From NCBI GenBank assembly GCA_964483345.1, contig CAZABN010000002.1, forward strand, positions 8,351-72,350: 64,000 bases of DNA, read 5' to 3'. Below the pieces are notes generated by a model that worked only from the letters and a program-made list of their open reading frames with translations, was not told where the DNA came from and made no database searches. The position numbers and the translations under genes are program-made. The stretch comes from an uncultured Solirubrobacteraceae bacterium. Its GTDB lineage: Bacteria > Actinomycetota > Thermoleophilia > Solirubrobacterales > Solirubrobacteraceae. Below, piece by piece: positions 19,766-30,327 of the stretch (position 1 is its first letter; every line of letters starts with the position of its first letter).

Positions 19766-20692
19766 ATGCGCACGGACACCGCGATGACGACCACCAGCGC
19801 AGCCGCGAGCGGCGCGGGCGTGCGGCGCCTCGAGGATCCCAAGGTGGTGCTTGCGATCATCGTCACGACGCTGCTCTGGGCCTCGGCGTTCGTGGCCATT
19901 CGCACGGCGCGCACGCACTTCGCTCCCGCGCCGCTTGCGCTCGGCCGGCTGCTGGTCGGCGCCGTGGCGCTCAGCGCGCTGATGGTCCGCCGGCGCATCG
20001 CGCTGCCGGCGAAGCGCGAGCTGCCGGCGATCATCGTCTGCGGCGTGCTCTGGTTCGGCGTCTACAACGTGGCGCTCAACCAGGGTGAGCGGCTGGTCGA
20101 CGCCGGCACCGCGGCGATGCTCGTCAACGTCGCTCCGATCATGATCGCCGTGCTCGCCACGTGGGTGTTGCGCGAGCGCCTGTCGCCGTGGCTGCTGGGC
20201 GGGCTGGGCGTCGCGTTCGCCGGAGCCGCTGTGATCGCCGTCAGCTCGGCTCACCATCACGGTGGGCTGGGCGGTGTGCTGCTGTGCGTGCTGGCGGCGG
20301 CCGTTTACACCGTGGCCGTGATCGTCCAGAAGCCCGTGCTCGCGCGCGTCTCGCCGATCGCCGTGACATGGGCCGCGTGCCTCGCCGGGGCGGTCGCCTG
20401 CCTGCCGTTCTTGCCCGGGCTCCTGTCCGATCTGCGTGCGGCGCCGGCATCGAGCACGCTCCTCGTCGTGTATCTCGGTGCCGGACCCACGGCGATCGCC
20501 TTCACGACCTGGGCCTACGCACTCTCGCGCAGCACGATGGCGCGGCAGGGCGCCACGACGTACCTCGTGCCGCCGCTCGTGATCGCGCTCAGCTGGCTCA
20601 CGCTCGGCGAGGTGCCCGGCGTGGTCGCGATGGGGGGCGGCGTGCTCTGCCTGGCCGGAGTGGCGCTCACGCGCCGGCGAGCGTCGCGCTAG
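19766..20692 (+). CDS. EamA/DMT-family transporter
   Basis: Ten-TM protein with two EamA repeats ([11 protein letters not shown]..., ...[17 protein letters not shown]). Start at ATG 19766, or alternatively 19784. Confidence 0.85.
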   Translation: MRTDTAMTTTSAAASGAGVRRLEDPKVVLAIIVTTLLWASAFVAIRTARTHFAPAPLALGRLLVGAVALSALMVRRRIALPAKRELPAIIVCGVLWFGVYNVALNQGERLVDAGTAAMLVNVAPIMIAVLATWVLRERLSPWLLGGLGVAFAGAAVIAVSSAHHHGGLGGVLLCVLAAAVYTVAVIVQKPVLARVSPIAVTWAACLAGAVACLPFLPGLLSDLRAAPASSTLLVVYLGAGPTAIAFTTWAYALSRSTMARQGATTYLVPPLVIALSWLTLGEVPGVVAMGGGVLCLAGVALTRRRASR

Positions 20693-20853
20693 CGGGCCTT
20701 CTCGAAATACGCCACCGGTTTCGGCGGCGTCTGGACGCCGTCTGGCGGCGTCCTCGGTGGCAGCAATGTCCCCGCCATGGCTCGCTCCCTGCGTCCTGGC
20801 CGGCCGACCCCATCCACTCGCCGTTTCCCGTTCAGCGTTCCGGGAAAGACCGA

Positions 20854-21579
20854 CTACGGAAGGTCCGCCACGATGTCTGTCAGCGAGCGGCGGCGCCCGG
20901 TGTGGAACGGCAGCTCCTCGCGCGTGTGGCGGCGGGCCTGCGCGCCTCGCAGGTGGCGCATCAGGTCGACGATCGGCTCCAGCTCGTCGCATTCGAACGC
21001 GAGCAGCCACTCGTAGTCCCCGAGCGCGAAGGCGCTGACCGTGTTCGCGCGCACCTCCGGGCGGCTTCGCCCCATCATCCCGTGCTCTCGCAACATCTCC
21101 GCGCGATCCTCCTCGGGCAGGAGGTACCACTCGAGGGAGCGGACGTAGGGGTACACAGACACGTACTTGCGCGGCTCCTCGCCGCGCATGAACGCCGGCG
21201 TGTGGGACTTCGCGAACTCGGCCTCGCGATGCACGCCGATCGCCGACCAGACGGGGCGCAGCGATTGCCCGAGCATGGTCTGCCGAAACGCGATCAGGGC
21301 GTCCTGCACGGCGTCGGCGCTGTGGCCGACGAGCCACAGCAGCAGGTCGGCGTCGGCGCGGTAGCCGGTGACGGTGTAGGCGCCGCGCAGGGTCGCGTCG
21401 GCCCCATCGAGCGTCTGCTGCGCATGGGTGGCGGCGTTCGCGCGCTGTTGCGACACCAGCGGTCGCGCCGGATCGGAGGCGAAGCTGGCGTAGAGGGCGT
21501 AGGTCGGGCCGGCGGGCTCCCCGGTCACAGCCGGCTCGTCGGCCGCAGCCGGCTGTTCGCCGGTCGTGGGCGCGTCCAT
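20854..21579 (-). CDS. hemQ: Chlorite-dismutase-family coproheme decarboxylase (HemQ/ChdC)
   Basis: YALYASF...YRADADLLLWLVGHS...YVSVYPYVRSLEWYLLPEEDRAEMLREHG...ANTVSAFALGDYEWLLAFECDEL is the typical actinobacterial HemQ pattern. Confidence 0.85.
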   Translation of the reverse strand: MDAPTTGEQPAAADEPAVTGEPAGPTYALYASFASDPARPLVSQQRANAATHAQQTLDGADATLRGAYTVTGYRADADLLLWLVGHSADAVQDALIAFRQTMLGQSLRPVWSAIGVHREAEFAKSHTPAFMRGEEPRKYVSVYPYVRSLEWYLLPEEDRAEMLREHGMMGRSRPEVRANTVSAFALGDYEWLLAFECDELEPIVDLMRHLRGAQARRHTREELPFHTGRRRSLTDIVADLP

Positions 21580-21582
21580 CGC

Positions 21583-22605
21583 TCAGCGCCGCCGCGCGGA
21601 CGCCTGCAGCGACGGGTTCGCGAACCCGTCGTCGGCCGGGTTGATCGTCAGTCCCGGCGGCACGATCTCGTCGATACGGTCGAGCAGCGCGGCGTCGAGC
21701 GAGATCTCCGCCGCCGGAAGCTGGGATTCGAGGTGCTCGATCGTCCGCGGCCCGATGATCGCCGCGGTCACGGCGGGATGGTTGATGACCCACGCGATCG
21801 CCAGCTCGATCAGCGAGATGCCCGCTTCGTCCGCCAGCGCCGCGAGCGCGTCGGCGGCCTCGAGCTTGCGCTGGTTCGCCGCCAGCTGCAGATCGAAGCG
21901 CTGCGGGATGCGGCCCGAGCGGCTCGACACCGGCGCCTCGGCCCCCTTGCGGTAGCGGCCGGACAGCCATCCGCCGGCGAGCGGGCTCCATGGGATGACG
22001 CCGATCCCGTGACGCACGCAGGTCGGGAGCACATCGGTCTCGACTCCGCGGGCGAGAATCGAATACGGCGGCTGCTCGCTGGCGAAGCGCTCGAGGCGTC
22101 GATCGCGCGACACCCACTGCGCCTCGACGATCTCCGAGGCCGGGAAGGTTGACGAGCCGATGTAGCGGACCTTGCCCGCCCGGACGAGGTCGGTCAGCGC
22201 GGAGAGCGTCTCCTCGATGTCCGTGTCCTGCTCCGGACGGTGGATCTGGTAGAGATCGATCCAGTCGGTCCCGAGGCGGCGCAGCGAGTCCTCGACCTCG
22301 CGGACGATCCAGCGGCGCGAGTTGCCCCGCTGGTTGGGTCCCTCGCCCATGTCGCCGTGGACCTTCGTGGCCAGCACGACATCGTCGCGCCTGCCGCCCG
22401 CGAGAGCCTTGCCGACGATCTCCTCCGACTCGCCCCGCGAGTAGACGTCGGCCGTGTCGATGAAGTTGATCCCGGCGTCGAGCGCTCGGTGGATGATCGA
22501 GACCGACTCGTCGTGGTCGGCGTTGCCCCAGTTGCCGAACATCATCGCGCCGAGGCAGAGCGAGCTGACCTTCACCCCTGTGCGACCTAGCGTGCGGTAC
22601 TCCAC
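21583..22605 (-). CDS. Aldo/keto reductase
   Basis: MEYRTLGRTGVKVSSLCLGAMMFG...ALDAGINFIDTADVYSRGESEEIVGKAL...YQIHRPE. Confidence 0.9.
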   Translation of the reverse strand: MEYRTLGRTGVKVSSLCLGAMMFGNWGNADHDESVSIIHRALDAGINFIDTADVYSRGESEEIVGKALAGGRRDDVVLATKVHGDMGEGPNQRGNSRRWIVREVEDSLRRLGTDWIDLYQIHRPEQDTDIEETLSALTDLVRAGKVRYIGSSTFPASEIVEAQWVSRDRRLERFASEQPPYSILARGVETDVLPTCVRHGIGVIPWSPLAGGWLSGRYRKGAEAPVSSRSGRIPQRFDLQLAANQRKLEAADALAALADEAGISLIELAIAWVINHPAVTAAIIGPRTIEHLESQLPAAEISLDAALLDRIDEIVPPGLTINPADDGFANPSLQASARRR

Positions 22606-22735
22606 ACACGAAACCTAGCGGACGACGATCACCGGTCCCGTGACGGTGCTTCGAGCGGCCGGCGCGCGCCGACGGCGACCCATCCGAGGGCCCGCCTCCC
22701 AGAGGCCGACCGAGTTGGTAGCGTGACGGCAACGG

Positions 22736-22951
22736 ATGACCGAGACGCCCACGGCGAAACGCTCGCTGCGCAGCATCGCCCCGCTCGCCGCGGCAGGCTG
22801 CGCGGCGCTGGCCGCGGTGATCGCAACGGGCAGGCGCCGTTCGCGCTCAGGCCGCGGGGCCGAGCAGGACCCGCCGGCCGGTCAACTGGCGCAGGACGAG
22901 ATGGAAGCGCTCGCGACCGGTGAGGGCATGCCGGAAGCACGCGAGGCGTGA
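22736..22951 (+). CDS. Possible small hypothetical protein (one hydrophobic segment)
   Basis: 71-aa ATG ORF with high GC3 in an otherwise 390-bp gap. No homology recognisable. Confidence 0.3.
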   Translation: MTETPTAKRSLRSIAPLAAAGCAALAAVIATGRRRSRSGRGAEQDPPAGQLAQDEMEALATGEGMPEAREA

Positions 22952-22997
22952 CGGGCCGGGCGCCCGCGGCGCGCCGACGCGAGCGAGGTGAGAGGGA

Positions 22998-23642
22998 GTG
23001 TTCGCCGACCGTCACGACGCCGGACGCCAACTCGCGGAGCGGCTGCGCGATCTCGCGGCGCAGCAGCCGGTGGTCGTCGCGCTGCCGCGGGGCGGGGTTC
23101 CGGTCGGCTTCGAGGTGGCGCGCGTGCTCGCCGCGCCGCTCGACGTTCTGGTCGTCCGCAAGCTCGGTGCGCCGCGAAACCCGGAGCTTGGGGTGGGGGC
23201 GATCGCCGAAGGCGGGGCCGCAGTGTTCGACAGCGCGGCCGCCGCTCGCGTCGGCATGTCCCAGGAGGCACTCGACGACACCGTGCGCCGCGAGAGCCTT
23301 GAACTGCAGCGCCGTGTCGAGCGCTACCGCGAGGGACGCGCGCGGATCGACCTGCATGGGCGCACGGCGATCGTCGTCGACGACGGCCTCGCGACCGGTC
23401 TGACCGCGGTGGCCGCGGTCCGCGCGCTGCGCGCGTGCGGCGCCTCGCGGATCGTCGTCGCGGTTCCCGTCGGCGCGGGCGAGTCGGTTGAGCTGGTCGC
23501 GAGCGAGGCCGACCGGGTGCTCTGCCACACGATCCCACCGCGCCTGCACGCCGTCGGTCACTGGTACGCCGACTTCGCGCCCGTGTCCGACGAGGAGGTG
23601 CTCCTGCTGCTGGCGGGCGGGGGAGGGCTTGACACCGAGTGA
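22998..23642 (+). CDS. Phosphoribosyltransferase-domain protein
   Basis: FADRHDAGRQLAERL...VVVALPRGGVPVGFEVA...RTAIVVDDGLATGLT is a PRTase PRPP-binding loop. GTG start after a GAGAGGGAG SD. Confidence 0.85.
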   Translation: MFADRHDAGRQLAERLRDLAAQQPVVVALPRGGVPVGFEVARVLAAPLDVLVVRKLGAPRNPELGVGAIAEGGAAVFDSAAAARVGMSQEALDDTVRRESLELQRRVERYREGRARIDLHGRTAIVVDDGLATGLTAVAAVRALRACGASRIVVAVPVGAGESVELVASEADRVLCHTIPPRLHAVGHWYADFAPVSDEEVLLLLAGGGGLDTE

Positions 23643-23679
23643 GCGTAAGTATACGCTTACGGTAAGTGGCAACTTACGC
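23643..23679. promoter_or_regulatory. Nested inverted repeats (GCGTAAGT / ACTTACGC family), a putative ArsR-type operator overlapping the arsR-like start
   Basis: Locally AT-richer stretch GCGTAAGT-ATACG-CTTACGGTAAGT-GGCA-ACTTACGC. The outer 8-mers are perfect inverted repeats (23643-50 / 23672-79). The inner pairs are CGTAAG/CTTACG and GTAAGT/ACTTAC. Confidence 0.45.
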
Positions 23680-23983
23680 ACAGGCGATTCAGGCGCTCGG
23701 GGACCCGACCAGGCGGGCGATCTTCGAACGCCTCGCGGACGGCCCGAGCGCGGTTGGTGAGCTCGCGCGGGGCCTCCCGGTGAGCCGGCCCGCCGTTTCG
23801 CAGCACCTCAGCGTGCTCAAGCAGGCAGGCCTGGTCAACGACCGCAGGGATGCCAACCGCCGGATCTACAGCCTTGACCCGATGGGGGTGGGGGCACTGC
23901 GCGCCTACTTCGATCGGTTCTGGACGCAGGCGCTCGACGCCTTCAAGACCATTGCCGAACGACAGGATGAGAGGATCGGATGA
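23666..23983 (+). CDS. ArsR/SmtB-family transcriptional regulator
   Basis: ALGDPTRRAIFERLADGPSAVGELARGLPVSRPAVSQHLSVLKQAGLV is a winged-HTH ArsR signature. Confidence 0.9.
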   Translation: MATYAQAIQALGDPTRRAIFERLADGPSAVGELARGLPVSRPAVSQHLSVLKQAGLVNDRRDANRRIYSLDPMGVGALRAYFDRFWTQALDAFKTIAERQDERIG

Positions 23984-24462
23984 CAGCGACGGACACTGCA
24001 GTTGAGACCGCGATCGTGGTGGATGTGGGGATCGACCGCGCGTTCGCGGTGTTCACCGACGGCATCGACTCGTGGTGGCCGCGCGAGCACACGATCGGCG
24101 CGGCGCCGCTGGCTGAGATGGTGCTGGAGCCGCGTGTCGGCGGCCGAGCGTACGGTCGCGACATCGATGGCGGCGAGTGCGACTGGGGCCGCGTGCTCGC
24201 GTACGAGCCGCCGCACCGCGTCGTGATCAGCTGGGACATCAACCTGCTCTGGTCACAGGAGGCCGACCCGGCGAGGGCCAGCGAGTTCGAGGTGCGTTTC
24301 CACGCCGAGAGTCCGACGCGTACTCGCGTCGAGCTGGAGCATCGCCACCTCGAGCGCCATGGCGACGGCTGGGAGCAGATGCGCGACGCCGTCGGCTCGC
24401 CGGACGGCTGGAACCGCGGGCTCGAGGCGTTTGCCGCTGCGACGGCGACGGCGGTGCTCTAA
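23980..24462 (+). CDS. SRPBCC / AHSA1-like (Activator of Hsp90 ATPase homologue) domain protein
   Basis: 160 aa in the classic ArsR-SRPBCC gene pair with a 4-nt overlap. FAVFTDGIDSWWP...WGRVLAYEPPHRVVISW...LEHRHLERHGDGW. Confidence 0.8.
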   Translation: MTATDTAVETAIVVDVGIDRAFAVFTDGIDSWWPREHTIGAAPLAEMVLEPRVGGRAYGRDIDGGECDWGRVLAYEPPHRVVISWDINLLWSQEADPARASEFEVRFHAESPTRTRVELEHRHLERHGDGWEQMRDAVGSPDGWNRGLEAFAAATATAVL

Positions 24463-24472
24463 GGTCAGCGCG

Positions 24473-25213
24473 ATGGCCGGACGACGGGTTGCTCGGGAGA
24501 CTGCGGCCGGGCGTCGGCGGCGCGCGCGCGGCGGCTTGCGCGCGCCGGCGCCGGCGCTCGCACTCGCGCTTACCCTCGCGCTCGTGCTCGGCCTCCCCGG
24601 TGCGCTCGCGAGCGGGGCCCAGCCGGCGCTGCTGCCGCCGCCGCGGATCGTCAAGGACTTCATTCCGTTCGGTCCCGCGCGCGAGCAGCAGATGCGCGCG
24701 TACGCGGTGCAGCACTACGGAATCGACTCCTACAAACTCGTCGACCCGCATCTGATCATCTGGCACTACACGGAGAGCGCGACGTTCCAGAGCGTCTGGA
24801 ACACCTTCGCCGACGACGTGCCGGACGTCACCTACCACGAGCTGCCGCAGGTCTGCGCGCACTTCGTGATCGACACCGACGGCACGATCTACCAGCTCGT
24901 GCCGCTGGACATCATGTGCCGGCAGGTCGTGGGCCTCAACTACACGGCGATCGGGATCGAGAACGTGGGCTTCTCGGACCAGCAGGTGATGGGAGACGCC
25001 GCCCAGTACCGCTCCGCGCTCGAGCTGACGCGCTGGCTGCGCTGCACGCACAACATCCCCGTCGCCAACGTGATCGGGCACAACGAGAGCCTCTCGAGCC
25101 CCTACTACCGCGAGCTGGTGCCCAGCTGGCGCGGCCAGACCCACTCCGACTTCAACCGTGCCGACATGAACGTCGTGCGGGCTGCGGTGGCGACGCTCCC
25201 GTGCCGCCGCTGA
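24473..25213 (+). CDS. Secreted N-acetylmuramoyl-L-alanine amidase (Amidase_2/PGRP fold)
   Basis: Arg-rich signal peptide ([46 protein letters not shown]), then IIWHYTES...AHFVIDTDGTIYQLVP...GLNYTAIGIENVG...VIGHNE. Confidence 0.85.
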   Translation: MAGRRVARETAAGRRRRARGGLRAPAPALALALTLALVLGLPGALASGAQPALLPPPRIVKDFIPFGPAREQQMRAYAVQHYGIDSYKLVDPHLIIWHYTESATFQSVWNTFADDVPDVTYHELPQVCAHFVIDTDGTIYQLVPLDIMCRQVVGLNYTAIGIENVGFSDQQVMGDAAQYRSALELTRWLRCTHNIPVANVIGHNESLSSPYYRELVPSWRGQTHSDFNRADMNVVRAAVATLPCRR

Positions 25214-25238
25214 GCACGAACGCCTGACTGTGGCGCGT

Positions 25239-25693
25239 TCAGGCGGCGTTCACGGCCGCGCTGAGCTCCTCGACGAGCGCGTCCGCAAGGCGCTCCACGG
25301 AGCGCGCGACCGAGGGCGACAGCGGGCTGCCCGGCTCGAACTCGTTCGCCTCGATCCCGTAGACGATCACCTGCGGCGGCAGGCGGCCGAGCGCGCGAGC
25401 CAGCTCGAGCGCGTCGGCGAGTCCGAGGCGGTGCGTCGAGACGCCGAACAGCTCCGCCGGCAGTGGTTGCTGCGCGGCGTCGAGCCGGTGCAGCGTGCCC
25501 GGCTGGGCGCCCGAGCGGACGGCGTCGACGATCCACAGCGCCGGCGCGCCCTCGCAGGCCTCGATCAGCGTGATCGGCTCGCCCTCGTGCTCCACGACCT
25601 CGACGCCCGGCGGGCGGCGCGCGCCAACCGCGGCCGCCACGGCGAGTCCCGCCGCGTCGTCGCCACGCCAGCGGTTGCCGATGCCGATCAGCC

Positions 25694-25697
<4 letters not shown>
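25239..25697 (-). CDS. [NiFe]-hydrogenase maturation endopeptidase; non-canonical start (CTG?)
   Basis: [20 protein letters not shown]...WIVDAV...[11 protein letters not shown] matches the HybD/HoxW-type protease pattern (GIGN..DD, D, H). There is no ATG or GTG in frame for more than 100 codons upstream. CTG codons lie at 25697 (overlapping the hyhL TGA) and 25691. Confidence 0.75.
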
Positions 25698-26984
<1,287 letters not shown>

Positions 26985-26992
<8 letters not shown>

Positions 26993-27767
26993 CGCGGGAT
27001 CCCGCGCCCGCGAACGGCTCGGCGCTCGCGTTGAAGGTGTGGAAGAGGTGGTCGATCACGGTCTCGGTCGTGTCGAGGTCGCGCATCTGGCGCGTCAGCG
27101 CCGAGACGTTCGGCGTCTCCATCGGCCCGAAGCAGCCGTAGCAGCCGCGGTTGTAGGACGGGCAGATCGCGCCGCAGCCGGCGTGCGTGACCGGTCCGAG
27201 ACAGGGCGTGCCGTGGGCGACGGTCACGCACACCGTGCCGCGTCGCTTGCACTCGGTGCAGACGCTGGTCGTGGCGATCTGCGGGCGCCGCCCGGCCAGC
27301 TGGGCGCCGATCACCTCGAGCAGCTGGTGCTTGTCGATCGGGCAGCCGCGCAGCTCGAAGTCGACGGCGACGTGCTCGGAGATCGGCGTGGAGGTGGCGA
27401 GCGTCGAGATGTGCTCGGGCTGGGCGTAGACGAGCGCGACGAACTCGTCCACGTCGGCGACGTTGCGCAGCGCCTGGATCCCGCCCGCGGTGGCGCAGGC
27501 CCCGATCGTGACGAGGCGGCGCGAGGCGCTGCGAACCTTCTGGATGCGCTCGCAATCCTCCTCGGTGGTGATCGAGCCCTCGACCAGCGAGAGGTCGTAG
27601 GGACCACGGACGGTGGCGCTCGTGGCCTCCGGGAAGTAGGCGATCTCGACCTCGCCGGCGAGCGCCAGCAGCTCGTCCTCGCAATCGAGCAGCGAGAGCT
27701 GGCAGCCGTCGCAGGAGGAGAACTTCCAGACCGCGAGCTTTGGCTTGCGGCGCGTCGCCGTACTCAC
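26985..27767 (-). CDS. hyhS: [NiFe]-hydrogenase small subunit (delta; Nuo 20-kDa-like)
   Basis: [18 protein letters not shown]..., [12 protein letters not shown] and a distal Cys cluster ([11 protein letters not shown]...[15 protein letters not shown]...GCYGC). Confidence 0.9.
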
Positions 27768-28612
27768 AGCTCACGCACCCCCATCAGCGTCTCGAGCTTG
27801 TCGTAGCTGTAGACCGCGCCGTCGCGGCAGACGAGCGTCGGCCCGAGCTGGCAGTGCCCGCAGTGACCGACGGCGCAGCGCATGTTGCGCTCCATCGAGA
27901 GGTAGATGCGCTCGGGCGCGACACCGCGTTCGCGCAGCGCCACGACGCTGAAGTGCATCATCACCTCGGGACCGCAGACCAGCGCGATCACCGACTCCGG
28001 GTCGAACGGCGCGCCGTCGATCAGCTTCGGCACGACGCCGACCTTGCCCTCCCAGCCGCTCGCGGCCGCGTCGACGGTCACATCGACGTTGAGCTTGCCG
28101 CGCCGGCGCAGCGAATCGAGCTCATCGCGGAACAGCAGGTCTCCCGGGGTTCGCCCGCCGTAGAGCAGCGTCACCTCGGGGTAGTCCTCGCGGGCGAGCT
28201 CGAGCGCTTGGACCGCGGTGCGCAGCGGTGCGAGACCAACGCCGCCGGCGACCACGACGACGTCGTGGCCGGCCGCCTCGCGCACCGGCCAGGTGTTGCC
28301 GAACGGTCCGCGGACACCCAGCACGGCGCCGGGCTTCGCCTCGCAGATCGCGGCGCTGACCGCGCCGACGGCGCGGACGGTGTGCACGAGCAGGCCGTCG
28401 TCGGCGCCGGAGACCGAGATCGGAATCTCGCCGATGCCGAAGGCGTAGAGCATCGTGAACTGGCCTGGGCCGGGCGAGATGCCCTCGCCGGCGAGCGGCT
28501 CCAGCGACAGCGTCCAGGTGTCGGAGGTCTCGCGGCGCCGCTGCGTGACGCGGAACGGCCGCGGCACCATCGCGGCTGCCATGGGGGCTGCGAGCTCAGC
28601 GCTGGCCGACAT
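27764..28612 (-). CDS. hyhG: Hydrogenase gamma subunit: FAD/NAD(P)-binding oxidoreductase with C-terminal 2Fe-2S (AsrB-like)
   Basis: FNR-like fold ([20 protein letters not shown]) plus [15 protein letters not shown]. An alternative start lies at 28582. Confidence 0.88.
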   Translation of the reverse strand: MSASAELAAPMAAAMVPRPFRVTQRRRETSDTWTLSLEPLAGEGISPGPGQFTMLYAFGIGEIPISVSGADDGLLVHTVRAVGAVSAAICEAKPGAVLGVRGPFGNTWPVREAAGHDVVVVAGGVGLAPLRTAVQALELAREDYPEVTLLYGGRTPGDLLFRDELDSLRRRGKLNVDVTVDAAASGWEGKVGVVPKLIDGAPFDPESVIALVCGPEVMMHFSVVALRERGVAPERIYLSMERNMRCAVGHCGHCQLGPTLVCRDGAVYSYDKLETLMGVREL

Positions 28613-29066
28613 GGCCGTAGACGTCGAGCAGACGCAGGCGCGTCCATTGCAGGCGCTCGATCAGCGTCTGGGCGAAGCGGGAGACGAGCTCGTAGCCGAG
28701 CTGCGGATCGGCGTCGCACTTGCCGCGCAGGCAGACGCCGTCGAACGCCGTCGCGCGTACCGCCGTCAGCGCGTGCGCGTCGAAATGCCAGCGATGGGGT
28801 TCGAACAGCCACGACCAGCCGAGCACGTCACCGGCCTCGAGCGTCTCGATCACCAGCGGCCCGCTGTTGGGGGCGTAGGCCTCGATCGCGATGCTGCCGT
28901 GGCGGAGGAGGTAGAAGGCGTCGGCCCGATCGCCCTCGCGGAAGATCAGCGCGCCGGGCTCGAACTGCACGTTCGAGCCGCATCCGGCGACCAGGTCGAT
29001 CGTCTCCGGGCGCAGGCCGGCGAAGAAGGGCGCGTCGGCCAGGATCTCGGCAAGCGTCGTCGTCAT
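28596..29066 (-). CDS. Stand-alone cyclic-nucleotide-binding (cNMP/CAP effector) domain protein
   Basis: 156 aa with FFAGLRPETIDLVAGCGSNVQFEPGALIFREGDRADAFYLLRHGSIAIE...GDVLGWSWL...RATA. No HTH follows. The ATG at 29066 overlaps the hyhB stop (ATGA). Confidence 0.8.
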   Translation of the reverse strand: MTTTLAEILADAPFFAGLRPETIDLVAGCGSNVQFEPGALIFREGDRADAFYLLRHGSIAIEAYAPNSGPLVIETLEAGDVLGWSWLFEPHRWHFDAHALTAVRATAFDGVCLRGKCDADPQLGYELVSRFAQTLIERLQWTRLRLLDVYGHVGQR

Positions 29067-30193
29067 ACAACCACCCCGTCGGTGTCGCGGATTGCAGCCA
29101 GCTCCTCGGTCACGTCGATGCCGACCGGGCACCACGCGATGCAGCGGCCGCAGCCGACGCAGCCGGAGCTGTCGAATTGGTCGTACCAGGTGCCGAACTT
29201 GTGCGTCAGCCACTGGCGGTAGCGCGAGCGTCCGGAGCGCCGGACGCTGCCGCCGTGCAGGTAGGAGTGCTCGACCGAGAAGCAGGTCTCCCAGACCCGC
29301 ACGCGCTCGGCCTCGGTGCCGGCCAGATCGCTGACGTCCTCCACGCTCGTGCAGAAACAGGTGGGGCAGACCATCGTGCAGTTGCCGCACGTCAGGCAGC
29401 GCTCGGCCACCTCGTCCCAGCGTGGATTCTCGAGGTTGCGCGCCAGCAGGTCGCGCAGGTCGCCGGACTCGACGGTGCGCGTCATCTTCGCGGCCGCTCC
29501 CTGCACCGCGGCGGCCGCCGCGTCGAGATCCACCGGCGCGGCGGCGCGTTGCGGCAGCTCCCGCAACAGCTCGGCGCCGCGATCGGATCCGGCGCGCGCG
29601 AGGAAGCGATGCTCGCCGTCGAGGATCTCGCTCAGCACGAGGTCGCAATCGCCGCGGATCTTTGGGCCGCCGCCCATCGAGACGCAGAAGCAGGTGTCGG
29701 CCGGTTCGAAGCAGTCCACGGCGACGATGAAGGCGCCGTCGCGGCGGACCGCGTAGTCGGCCTCCCGATACTCGCCGCCGATCAGCGCGCGGTCCTGGAT
29801 CGCGATCGCGCTCAGCTCGCAGCCGCGCACACCGAGCAGGGCCAGCGGCTGATGCTCGGTCTGGTCGGTCTCGAGCTCGAAGCCGTCGCCGTCGCGGCGC
29901 GCGCGCCAGATGCGCAGGCGCGCGGGCAGCAGGAACTGCTTCCACGAGTGCGGCCCGACGGCGTAGCCGAAGCGCGCCTCGTCCTCGCGGCGCGTCACGC
30001 GGTAGCGCCCCGGCGCCTGCTCGTCCCCGTAGCCGATCGGGAGCTCGGCGGCCGAGTGGAGGTCGTCGTAGACGATCGCGCCGTCACGCACCCTGGGACC
30101 GAGGACTCGGTAGCCACGCCCGCGCAGAGCCGAAACCAGCGCTTCGAGCGCGTCGGGTTCGAGAACGGCTGTGTCGAGCTCGGCCAATGCCAC
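29063..30193 (-). CDS. hyhB: Hydrogenase beta subunit: 4Fe-4S dicluster protein (AsrA-like)
   Basis: CLTCGNCTMVCPTCFC and CVGCGRCIAWCPVGI ferredoxin motifs. Start at GTG 30193 or TTG 30187, the latter 5 nt after an AGGGGAG SD. The first 32 codons of the listed ORF look spurious. Confidence 0.85.
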   Translation of the reverse strand: MALAELDTAVLEPDALEALVSALRGRGYRVLGPRVRDGAIVYDDLHSAAELPIGYGDEQAPGRYRVTRREDEARFGYAVGPHSWKQFLLPARLRIWRARRDGDGFELETDQTEHQPLALLGVRGCELSAIAIQDRALIGGEYREADYAVRRDGAFIVAVDCFEPADTCFCVSMGGGPKIRGDCDLVLSEILDGEHRFLARAGSDRGAELLRELPQRAAAPVDLDAAAAAVQGAAAKMTRTVESGDLRDLLARNLENPRWDEVAERCLTCGNCTMVCPTCFCTSVEDVSDLAGTEAERVRVWETCFSVEHSYLHGGSVRRSGRSRYRQWLTHKFGTWYDQFDSSGCVGCGRCIAWCPVGIDVTEELAAIRDTDGVVV

Positions 30194-30327
30194 TCCCCTG
30201 AGGTTGCCCGAGACTAGCGCAGGTTTGCATCCGTGCACAGCGCCCCGCGCGCTTCGGAAAGACCGCAGTGTTGAACGGCGGCGACGCAACGCTCATCAGT
30301 GCGGCTCGCCGCGCCGATGCTTGGTGT

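Noticed and set aside
20700-20850. Alternative hairpins (GGCGGCGTC / GACGCCG / GCGGCGTC, and TTTCCCG…CGGGAAA) between the EamA and hemQ genes, a possible attenuator.
   Set aside because: The region lies between two convergent stop codons, so there is no downstream gene to attenuate. The hairpins are most simply bidirectional terminators, and support is too weak to list them as features.
19727-22732. A 1001-aa ORF on the minus strand spanning the EamA, hemQ and AKR region.
   Set aside because: It is a shadow ORF. It crosses three well-supported genes on both strands, its composition is dominated by R/G/A/P/D, and it has no recognisable domain.
27740-30217. An 825-aa plus-strand ORF across the hydrogenase operon, and similar 600-750-aa ORFs at 9684..11867, 30623..32563, 32563..34416, 34900..37167 and 60759..62774.
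   Set aside because: Same reasoning. Each is antisense to strongly supported genes and has an Arg/Asp/Gly-rich nonsense composition.
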